DNA of 64,000 bases, taken from assembly GCA_045602705.1 (NCBI GenBank), contig JAZSCB010000002.1, positions 15,054-79,053 of the forward strand, read 5' to 3'. Of this stretch, positions 20,353 through 28,208 are shown one piece after another. The stretch is from Alistipes sp. (GTDB taxonomy: Bacteria > Bacteroidota > Bacteroidia > Bacteroidales > Rikenellaceae). Made by a program: the position numbers and the translations under genes. The notes beneath the pieces are model-generated. The model was not told the DNA's origin, made no database searches, and saw only the letters and a list, made by a program, of their open reading frames with translations. Within the stretch, counting starts at the first letter, position 1, and the number at the start of each line of letters is the position of its first letter.

Positions 20353-21771
20353 ATGCTTAACTCACATATTGCGACCCAAATTTACGCTAAAATTTGTTTT
20401 AAACCAACTCTTAGCCAAAAAAAAATTGTAGAAAAAGTCGCAAATTACCTTGCCGACGACGATTTTTCGAAAATTTTCATCCTCAACGGCTACGCAGGAA
20501 CGGGTAAAACAACCCTTATTTCAGCCCTCGTTGCTGCACTTAAAGAGTTGAATATCAAAACAATTCTACTCGCACCCACAGGCCGTGCCGCCAAAGTACT
20601 GGGTCGCTATGCCCACGAAAAGGCCTTCACGATCCACAAACGCATCTATCGTGAGCGCACCAACGCCAACTATGAATCCAAATTTTCACTCGACCTGAAT
20701 CGCGAGCACGATGCCCTCTTCATCGTTGATGAGGCCTCGATGCTCTCAAACGGTGGCAACGAGGGACAACTCTTCGGCTCGGGAGAGCTGTTGGAGGATC
20801 TGGTAAGTTACGTTCGCTCAGGCAAGCGGTGCCGTCTGATGCTGGTGGGCGACGATGCCCAGCTACCCCCCGTAGGACAGGAGCGCAGCCCCGCCCTCGA
20901 CCCCGACTATATGCGTCGCTATGGCGAGGTGGAGTATGGCATGATGGATGAGGTGGTACGCCAGGAGGCCGAATCCGGCATCCTTTTCAATGCTACGCTG
21001 GTCCGCTGTATGCTGGAGCAGGGAATCTACGAGTTCCCCCGCTTCCGCACCTCTTTTGACGACATCGAATCGCTCTCGGGTGGAGAGTTTCTGGAGCGAT
21101 TGCAGGATTGTTACGACCGCTACGGACGCGACGAGGTGATCGTCATCACCCGCTCAAACAAGCGGGCCAACCGCTACAACGAGGGAATCCGCCGCAACGT
21201 CCTGGGGGCCGAGGAGGAGATCGAGAGCGGAGATATGCTGATGGTGGTGAAGAACAACTACCACTACACCGAACGCATCGAGGAGTGCCCCATCCACTTT
21301 ATGGCCAACGGCGACATCGTACGACTGCGCCGATTGCGCCGCTCCGAGGAGCTCTACGGCTTCCGCTTTGCCAATGCACAACTCGCCTTTCCGGACTACG
21401 ACGATACGGAGATCGAGTGCAAAATTCTGCTCGACACCCTCCGTTCGGAGTCCCCGTCACTCACCGGCGAGGAGTCGAAACGTCTCTTCTCGGAGGTAGA
21501 GCAGGACTACCTCGATATCAAGAGTAAGATCAAGCGTTTCAAGGAGATCCGCGAAAATCCCCACTTCAATGCCGTACAGGTAAAATTTGCCTATGCCGTC
21601 ACCTGCCACAAGGCACAGGGCGGTCAGTGGCGAGCGGTCTTCATCGATCGTTTCCTCTTTGGCGATGAGGGGATGACACGTGACTGGATGCGCTGGCTCT
21701 ACACGGCCCTCACACGTGCCACCGACCGCCTCTATCTGGTCAACTTTGAGGATAAATTTTTCGAAGAGTAG
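20353..21771 (+). CDS. RecD-like SF1 DNA helicase / AAA ATPase
   Basis: It has Walker A (GYAGTGKTT), Walker B (FIVDEASML) and the C-terminal UvrD_C_2-like motif AYAVTCHKAQGGQW. The start is at MLNSHIATQ. Confidence 0.85.
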   Translation: MLNSHIATQIYAKICFKPTLSQKKIVEKVANYLADDDFSKIFILNGYAGTGKTTLISALVAALKELNIKTILLAPTGRAAKVLGRYAHEKAFTIHKRIYRERTNANYESKFSLDLNREHDALFIVDEASMLSNGGNEGQLFGSGELLEDLVSYVRSGKRCRLMLVGDDAQLPPVGQERSPALDPDYMRRYGEVEYGMMDEVVRQEAESGILFNATLVRCMLEQGIYEFPRFRTSFDDIESLSGGEFLERLQDCYDRYGRDEVIVITRSNKRANRYNEGIRRNVLGAEEEIESGDMLMVVKNNYHYTERIEECPIHFMANGDIVRLRRLRRSEELYGFRFANAQLAFPDYDDTEIECKILLDTLRSESPSLTGEESKRLFSEVEQDYLDIKSKIKRFKEIRENPHFNAVQVKFAYAVTCHKAQGGQWRAVFIDRFLFGDEGMTRDWMRWLYTALTRATDRLYLVNFEDKFFEE

Positions 21772-21844
21772 CCCAAAAAGAGTGGGCCCGTCGCCTCAAA
21801 AGCGAATATTGAGGCCTTATTATTGGGATTTTTGAATTTATTGC

Positions 21845-21852
21845 TACCTTTG
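21845..21852 (+). promoter_or_regulatory. -7 promoter box TACCTTTG (panCD)
   Basis: An exact TAnnTTTG match lies 32 nt upstream of the panC ATG. Confidence 0.6.
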
Positions 21853-21883
21853 CACCCGATAACCCAACCTTATTTCAAAAGGA

Positions 21884-22720
21884 ATGAAAACACTGAATAC
21901 GGTCAGCGAGCTTCGCGCCGAGTTGGCCAAAGTTGATGCCCGGGGCATTGGCTTTGTACCCACGATGGGAGCTCTGCACGCCGGACACCGCTCGCTCGTG
22001 GAGCGTGCCCGCAAAGAGAATCAGACGGTGGTGGTCAGCGTCTTTGTCAACCCCACCCAGTTCAATGATAAGAACGACCTGCGAAACTACCCTCGCACGC
22101 CCGAAGCCGACGAGGCAATGCTGCGCGAGGCCGGCGTCGATTTCGTTCTGATGCCCTCGGTCGAGGAGATCTACCCCGAGCCCGACACGCGAGCGTTCGA
22201 TTTCGGAATGATCGACAAGGTCATGGAGGGTGCTACGCGTCCGGGACACTTCAACGGTGTTGCCCAGGTGGTAAGCCGCCTGTTCGAAATCGTAAAGCCC
22301 GCCCGCGCCTACTTCGGAGAGAAGGATTTCCAGCAGATTGCCGTCATCCGCGCTATGGTCAAGCAGTTGGAGATTCCCGTGGAGTTGATCCCCTGCCCGA
22401 TTGTTCGTGGCGAAGATGGTCTGGCCCTTTCGTCGCGCAACCAGCTGCTGACGCCCGACCACCGCGCTGCAGCTCCCCACATCTACGCCTCGCTCCGCAA
22501 GGGTGTAGAGCGTTCGCACGAGCTGTCGCCCGCCGAGCTGACGCGCTGGGTAACCGAAGAGGTGGAGCGCAATCCCCTCTTGAAGGTGATCTACTTCCAG
22601 GCTGTGGATGCCGAGACGATGCAGGAGGTGTCGTCGTGGGAGGAGAGTTCCTGGATTCAGGGTTGCATCGCCGTACAGGCCGGTGAGATTCGTCTAATTG
22701 ATAACATTCGCATCCGATAA
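21884..22720 (+). CDS. panC: pantoate--beta-alanine ligase
   Basis: Motifs are [15 protein letters not shown] (HIGH-type), [10 protein letters not shown] and ALSSRN. The 278-aa length is typical. Confidence 0.95.
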   Translation: MKTLNTVSELRAELAKVDARGIGFVPTMGALHAGHRSLVERARKENQTVVVSVFVNPTQFNDKNDLRNYPRTPEADEAMLREAGVDFVLMPSVEEIYPEPDTRAFDFGMIDKVMEGATRPGHFNGVAQVVSRLFEIVKPARAYFGEKDFQQIAVIRAMVKQLEIPVELIPCPIVRGEDGLALSSRNQLLTPDHRAAAPHIYASLRKGVERSHELSPAELTRWVTEEVERNPLLKVIYFQAVDAETMQEVSSWEESSWIQGCIAVQAGEIRLIDNIRIR

Positions 22721-23079
22721 TGAAATTCCAGATTGAAGTTGTAAAGTCGAAACTTCACCGCGTGACCGTCACGCAGGCGAATTTGAACTATGTGGGCAGC
22801 ATCACCATCGACGAGGCGTTGATGGAGGCCGCCAATCTGATCGAGGGCGAGAAGGTACAGATCCTCGACATCAACAACGGCGAGCGTTTCGAAACCTATA
22901 TCATCAAGGGGGAGCGTGACAGCGGTTGCATCTGCCTCAACGGGGCTGCAGCCCGCAAGGTACAGGTGGGTGACATCGTCATCATCTGCTCCTATGCTCT
23001 GATGGATTTCGAGGATGCCAAGACGTTCAAGCCTTGGATTGTCTTCCCTGACACCGCTACCAACAAGCTGGTGAAATAG
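22720..23079 (+). CDS. panD: aspartate 1-decarboxylase
   Basis: The product has [23 protein letters not shown], with the self-processing Gly-Ser site. The ATG overlaps the panC TAA by 1 nt. Confidence 0.95.
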   Translation: MKFQIEVVKSKLHRVTVTQANLNYVGSITIDEALMEAANLIEGEKVQILDINNGERFETYIIKGERDSGCICLNGAAARKVQVGDIVIICSYALMDFEDAKTFKPWIVFPDTATNKLVK

Positions 23080-23099
23080 GCACCCTGTTCAATAAAAAA

Positions 23100-23140
23100 C
23101 GAGCGAAGCGAGTCTTTTCGGACTCGCTTCGCTCGTTTTG
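23100..23140. terminator. bidirectional rho-independent terminator (panD / convergent PUL-like operon)
   Basis: A perfect 15-bp stem, CGAGCGAAGCGAGTC - TTTTCG - GACTCGCTTCGCTCG, is flanked by an A-run (5') and a T-run (3'). Confidence 0.85.
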
Positions 23141-23156
23141 ATCCCCTCCGTAGCGG

Positions 23157-23627
23157 TTACTCCTCAGGGAAGGCAGACAAGATCTCCTCGGGGATCTCGC
23201 TGACCTTGCGATAGACGCTCACCTCCGAAGGATCATCCACCGCAACCCAAATCATTCGGTTTGCGGTGAGTTCCCGAACGATATAGCGGTGGTTCCACTC
23301 GCCATTCTCGTAGTCGTAGTTACCACGAATCACCGATCCCAACTCGGGGTCGGTCAGAATGTTGTAACGACCCGTGATGCAACGAGCCGAGAAGCTGTCG
23401 GTGTTCTGGTAAAGAACGTAGGTACGATCCTTACGCTCGAAATCGATATAGACATAGCTCCCCTCGGCCAACTGCAGGCCATCCTGAAAACTCTCCAGCT
23501 CCCAGCTGCCGGCAATGTTGTTGGGGGTCACCTCCAACAAGGAAGGCTCCGGAGTCGACTTCTCCTCGCATCCCCAAAAGGCCATTGCCACCAACGACAA
23601 AGCCATCATTTTCAACCAATTTTTCAT
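23157..23627 (-). CDS. lipocalin-like lipoprotein (uncharacterised)
   Basis: It has a lipobox (MAFWGC-EEKS) with acidic residues after the Cys. The 156-aa sequence is beta-rich. It is the last gene of the SusC/D-headed unit. Confidence 0.65.
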   Translation of the reverse strand: MKNWLKMMALSLVAMAFWGCEEKSTPEPSLLEVTPNNIAGSWELESFQDGLQLAEGSYVYIDFERKDRTYVLYQNTDSFSARCITGRYNILTDPELGSVIRGNYDYENGEWNHRYIVRELTANRMIWVAVDDPSEVSVYRKVSEIPEEILSAFPEE

Positions 23628-23649
23628 ATTGCTCTTTGTTTGTTATTTT

Positions 23650-24477
23650 TCATTGTTTGCGGAGGCTCATCGGCTCCGGCAGGAAGAGCGACTGCGTCGG
23701 CTCCTCCTCGGTTTCGGGCCTGGGACCGATGCCCAGCACCACCATTCGACGACGGGGCGGCACCTCCAAACCCTCGAGGCAGAGGGGCAGACGACTGCCT
23801 GTGGCAAACTCCCCCTCAATGCGAATCACCAGATCCCCCTCCCTCCCCGGAGGCAGGATGGCGGGCTCGGTAGCTATCTTCACCCCACGGGGCGAGAGCA
23901 TTGCATCGGCTCCGATCTCCAGCGGAGAAGTTCCGCCATTGAGGCAGGCAATCCGCACCTCACGGGCACCATCACTCCAACAGGTCGTCTGGCGCAGAAG
24001 AAGCGTACCCAGGGCGTGCGGATAACGGCCCCGTTTATCGGCTGCGGGGGTTACGTGTCCCGTCAGACGGATGATGGCCGTCGGCACCGAGGCCGAGAGG
24101 TTCGTATAGAGGAAGAGTCGCTGATCCACCGCCCCGGGGCGTCCCTGGGGGTTATAGGAGATTGTCAGCCACCCCTCACCTCCCTGCTTCACCGGTTGCG
24201 GATCAAACTCCGCCTTCAGACAGCCACAGGAGCTTTGTATGCCTGTAATTACCACGGGGCTCTTCTCCCCATTTTGCCAGGTGATGCGATAGCTCCATAC
24301 CCCACCCTCCTCGGGGATTCTCCCCATCTCCAGGAGGCGGGGAAGGCGGATGGCAGCCTGCTCCACGGTAGCGGGATTGGCCACGCTGTCACGAAATTCG
24401 TGAGGAATGATGCGAATCTGGGCCTCCGCCGAAACAAAGCACCCAAGCATCAACCAGCCGATCCACCACCTCTTCAT
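23650..24477 (-). CDS. DUF1573 domain protein (secreted)
   Basis: It has an SPase I signal (VSAEA-QI) and the characteristic SSCGCLKAEF ... GEGWLTISYNP pattern of DUF1573. Confidence 0.72.
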   Translation of the reverse strand: MKRWWIGWLMLGCFVSAEAQIRIIPHEFRDSVANPATVEQAAIRLPRLLEMGRIPEEGGVWSYRITWQNGEKSPVVITGIQSSCGCLKAEFDPQPVKQGGEGWLTISYNPQGRPGAVDQRLFLYTNLSASVPTAIIRLTGHVTPAADKRGRYPHALGTLLLRQTTCWSDGAREVRIACLNGGTSPLEIGADAMLSPRGVKIATEPAILPPGREGDLVIRIEGEFATGSRLPLCLEGLEVPPRRRMVVLGIGPRPETEEEPTQSLFLPEPMSLRKQ

Positions 24478-24495
24478 CCCGTCAGAGTTTCGTTT

Positions 24496-26535
24496 TTACA
24501 ACCAGCCGTTGTCGGCCGACTGCTTGCGAACCGTAATATTGAAGGTGTGCTCCTCGCCATTCGAGGCCTTGATGCGGGCCTGGGTGGCACCGCTCTTCAG
24601 ACCCGTAAAAAGAATCTTGGCCCCCTCCGTCTTCGACGAGGCGATCTCCGCGTTCTCGATCGTCACGCTGAAGGTGAGCTCCTCACCGCCGACAAAGTAG
24701 CGGGCAGGAGCCACCGAGAGGTTCTGACCCTCGGCCAGCGAGAGGTTGGGGAAGCGCATCTCCACACCGCTGTCGGCAATGGCTGCCAGGAAGGCGGCAG
24801 CATTCACCTGACCGGCGCCCATCATCCCGACATAATCACCCAAGACGATCTGCATCGGCTGAATGGGGCCTACATCGGCCACATAGCGACAATACTTCTT
24901 CGTTCCTACCATATAGGCGTCGATATCGACTGCCGTGGCATAGAGCAGGTCGCGCAGTTCATCGGCACGGAAGTGACGACGCAACTCCGCCGCATAGGAG
25001 ATACCGAGAGCCAGCACACCCGAGACGTGGGGGCAAGCCATCGAGGTACCCTCCATATAGCCATAGCCACTCTCTGCCACGTGATAGGGAAGGAGCGAAA
25101 GGATACAACCCAACTCCCCATAGTTGTGCTCATCGTCCACATAGTCATAGTAGTAATCCTGATCGCCACCCGGTGCCGAGATCTTGGTGCCGGGACCGTA
25201 GTTGGTATAGACGGCCGGCGTAAAGTCGGCAGCCGTAGCCGCTACCGAAACATAAGGCTCGGCAGCTCCCGGATAGCCTGCCATCGGAGCATCCTCGTTA
25301 CCGGCCGCATAGACCGCAATACCGCCCTCGATGGGGCCGTTGGGCGATCCGGCATTGTGACGGAAGTACTCCAGAGCCTCCTGCTCCAGGGGCGAACCGG
25401 CCTTCCACTCCTCCTCGGAGGCAAACCCCGGAGCTCCCCAATCGTAGGAGTTGGCTGCACCCGAGACATAGCCCCAGCTACACTGCAGCACCACGGCACC
25501 GTTATCGGCAGCATACTTCATTGCCCGCAGCACCTCAATCAGACCCGTCGAGATGTTGCCCGAGAAGATCTGGCACGACATCACACGGACACCCGATCCC
25601 TCGGAACCATCACCGCCTGCAATCGAGGCGATACCCTGGCCATTGTTATTTACGGCGGCAATCACACCCGCCACGTGGGAACCGTGCCCCGAGTCGGCAA
25701 CATCGTTCCAGGTGATACGGCCCGTCTGGTGTACAAAATTGTAGCCGTTCACATCTCCCGTATAACCATTCCCGTCGTTATCCTCGGTCGAGCCGGCCAC
25801 CTCATCCTCATTGACCCACATATTGGCCTTCAGGTCGGGGTGCTCAACATAGATACCCTCATCGAGCACAGCCACAATGATCGAGTTATCACCCGTAGAA
25901 CGCTCCCAGGCCTTCTCGGCCTGGATATCGGCATCCTTAACCGACTTCACCACCTCGCCCGAGGTAAACATATCGCCTCGGTTGATGAGGTTCCACTGCT
26001 GATTGAGCAACGGATCCCCCATCGAGCGGGTTGCCTGGGGCATCTTATCCAGCGAAAGCGGAGTTGCCTTACCCGTATAAGCACGTTTGATGGTGCGGTT
26101 GTAGTCCACCTGCTGCACCTCGCCCAACGAGGTGAGCGAAGCGGCCACCTCGGCCACCGTGAATCGCTCGTCAAAACGCACCACATACCACTGGTGCATT
26201 CCCGCCTCACGAGTACGCTCCTCCACGCGGCGATCCACCGGATAGAGTCGTTCGATGCGGTAGTTCCCCAAAATCGAAAGCACCTCATCGAGGGTCGGAA
26301 CACCGCTCAGGCTCTCGCCACTACGAGTCTCGGGCTGCGAGGCGATCAGGTCGGCCACCTCGGCCGAGAACTTCACCAGCAGCACTCCGTCGGCATAGGG
26401 CTTCTCAGGCGTTTCGATCTCATCCGTTCCGAGATCGGGCTGCGCCACGGGGTCGTTCACGCAGCTACCCATCGTCGCCATCAGGGCCATCATCAGGGCC
26501 CAAATCGAGATATGCGAAATAATCTTTTTCATCAT
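24496..26535 (-). CDS. S8 family (subtilisin-like) serine peptidase lipoprotein
   Basis: It has a lipobox (TMGSC-VND). The catalytic triad contexts are VAVLDEGI (Asp), GHGSHVAGVIAA (His) and GTSMACPHVSGV (Ser). A C-terminal Ig-like domain is present. Confidence 0.9.
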   Translation of the reverse strand: MMKKIISHISIWALMMALMATMGSCVNDPVAQPDLGTDEIETPEKPYADGVLLVKFSAEVADLIASQPETRSGESLSGVPTLDEVLSILGNYRIERLYPVDRRVEERTREAGMHQWYVVRFDERFTVAEVAASLTSLGEVQQVDYNRTIKRAYTGKATPLSLDKMPQATRSMGDPLLNQQWNLINRGDMFTSGEVVKSVKDADIQAEKAWERSTGDNSIIVAVLDEGIYVEHPDLKANMWVNEDEVAGSTEDNDGNGYTGDVNGYNFVHQTGRITWNDVADSGHGSHVAGVIAAVNNNGQGIASIAGGDGSEGSGVRVMSCQIFSGNISTGLIEVLRAMKYAADNGAVVLQCSWGYVSGAANSYDWGAPGFASEEEWKAGSPLEQEALEYFRHNAGSPNGPIEGGIAVYAAGNEDAPMAGYPGAAEPYVSVAATAADFTPAVYTNYGPGTKISAPGGDQDYYYDYVDDEHNYGELGCILSLLPYHVAESGYGYMEGTSMACPHVSGVLALGISYAAELRRHFRADELRDLLYATAVDIDAYMVGTKKYCRYVADVGPIQPMQIVLGDYVGMMGAGQVNAAAFLAAIADSGVEMRFPNLSLAEGQNLSVAPARYFVGGEELTFSVTIENAEIASSKTEGAKILFTGLKSGATQARIKASNGEEHTFNITVRKQSADNGWL

Positions 26536-26550
26536 CTTGCAGTCGTTAGG

Positions 26551-28188
26551 CTACTCCTCCTCGAGGCCCGAGGGCTTCTCTTTGGTGGTGTAGAGATCGT
26601 AGTAGTAGTTCATATTGGCAGGCTCGTTGCTGAAACCGGCCTGGATGCCGTTCTGGGCACGTCCCTCCTGCGGGAAGACCAGAATATCGGGATACCAGAG
26701 GTTGAGCCCGGGGTGGAAGAGCAACCACTCGGGAATCTCGCCCGAAAGGCGGTTGTGGTTGATCGAGAAACGCTTGGTGGTGGGCATCACCTTCTTCACG
26801 CGACCCACCAGGAACTGGGGCAGCGTATCGCGTGAGTTGTCCACATCCTCTTGGGTGTAGAAGGGCACCTCCTCATCGTCGAGGAAATCGGGCAGCGGGC
26901 CCTGGAGATAGTTCACCGAGAGGACCAGCGTATCGAGGTTCCACTTCAAGAGGTGGGCCGGGAACTCGGGCTCCTCGATGAAGCCACCCAGATCGGTGCG
27001 CGTGGTGTTACTTAAATCGTAGACCACACTGCGCTCGTTGGCGTTCAGAATCAGAGTACGCAGATTGGGCAGATTCTCCTTGGTCAGCACATCGGGGAGT
27101 CGCTGGAAGTTGTTCGACCCCAGATTGAGGTACTCCAGACTCTCCAGGCGCTTGAAGTCGGCCGGCAGCGAGGTCAAACCATAAGCACCCACCGTCAGAC
27201 GCTTCAGCTGCTTGAGTTCAAGGATATCCTCGCCCAGATCGAGGCTGCGCATAAAGGTATTGGTATTACCGAAAAAGTAGAGTTCATCGGCCGCCGTCAA
27301 GAACTTTACGGCATAGGGCAGCGACTCCTCGATATTGAAGAGCATAAACTCGGCACGACGCACTCGACCCTTCTTGTCGGGGGTGTAGCCCGGCATTCCC
27401 TCATCCCAGAGCTGGACATTGTCCCAGGTGTGCATCGGGGCAGAGGTGTCGATCGGAGTGTACTGATTCAGGGCTCGTGAAATGGTCAAAACAGCCACCG
27501 AGTCACCCTCACGCGTATTCTCCACGATAGCCTCGGCGGGATTCTGGCGCACCAGAAGGGCATCCTGACGAGCCAGCGAAACCTCCTCCTTGGGACGGAA
27601 GGTGATCTCGGCCAGACGCTCCTCCGAGATGGTATTGATATCCCAATTGAAACGAACGGTCACCTCACGGGGACGGATACCTCGGTTGAACGAGACATCG
27701 TAGTCTTCGTTGTCGATCCAGCGGATCCCCTCGGGAATCTCCACCTCAAAATCAACATTGGTCTTCACCTTCACATCAAACCAGCGCTCGCCATAGGGGC
27801 CATAGTTCTCCACCTCAACCTCCGGCTCGGGGAGCTCGATGGAGTAGGGATAGCCCGCCTGGGTGATCGAGATCTCCTTCTCGGTGCGGGTCACCAGGTT
27901 TTGGATACGCACCACACCCGTACGGGGCTGGGCCGTGAGGGCCGAGTCGATCAAGAACTCACAGGTCACCGAACCCTTGCCGTTGGCGGGCGAGATGGTA
28001 ATCCAGGGGTTATCGGTAGAGGCGATCCAGCTCTCGGAGGAGGAGATCTTCACCAGCTCGCGGGCTCCGGTGTATCCCACCTCCAGCGACGAGCGATCGA
28101 GGCCGAAGTCGAGCGTCGGCTCATCCTCCTTGCAGGCAACCAGGGCCATCAAGGCCGTTGCCATCAAAATATATCGCTTGATATTCAT
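26551..28188 (-). CDS. BACON-domain plus leucine-rich-repeat surface lipoprotein
   Basis: It has a lipobox (LVAC-KEDE). A BACON-like N-terminus follows (KISSSESWIASTDNPWITISPANGKGSVTCEF...TGVVRIQ). LRR units occur downstream (LKRLTVGAYGLTSLP, LESLEYLNLGSNNFQRLP, LPNLRTLILNAN). Confidence 0.8.
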   Translation of the reverse strand: MNIKRYILMATALMALVACKEDEPTLDFGLDRSSLEVGYTGARELVKISSSESWIASTDNPWITISPANGKGSVTCEFLIDSALTAQPRTGVVRIQNLVTRTEKEISITQAGYPYSIELPEPEVEVENYGPYGERWFDVKVKTNVDFEVEIPEGIRWIDNEDYDVSFNRGIRPREVTVRFNWDINTISEERLAEITFRPKEEVSLARQDALLVRQNPAEAIVENTREGDSVAVLTISRALNQYTPIDTSAPMHTWDNVQLWDEGMPGYTPDKKGRVRRAEFMLFNIEESLPYAVKFLTAADELYFFGNTNTFMRSLDLGEDILELKQLKRLTVGAYGLTSLPADFKRLESLEYLNLGSNNFQRLPDVLTKENLPNLRTLILNANERSVVYDLSNTTRTDLGGFIEEPEFPAHLLKWNLDTLVLSVNYLQGPLPDFLDDEEVPFYTQEDVDNSRDTLPQFLVGRVKKVMPTTKRFSINHNRLSGEIPEWLLFHPGLNLWYPDILVFPQEGRAQNGIQAGFSNEPANMNYYYDLYTTKEKPSGLEEE

Positions 28189-28208
28189 ATTCTTCTCTCC
28201 TTAAAGGG

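Noticed and set aside
23515-26835. A 1106-aa + strand ORF spans the antisense of the DUF1573, S8 and BACON-LRR genes.
   Set aside because: It crosses three well-supported minus-strand genes and their spacers. Its sequence is low-complexity and rich in Arg, Leu, Gly and His, with no recognisable motifs. It is explained by the GC3-rich codon bias of the sense genes, which suppresses stop codons on the antisense strand.
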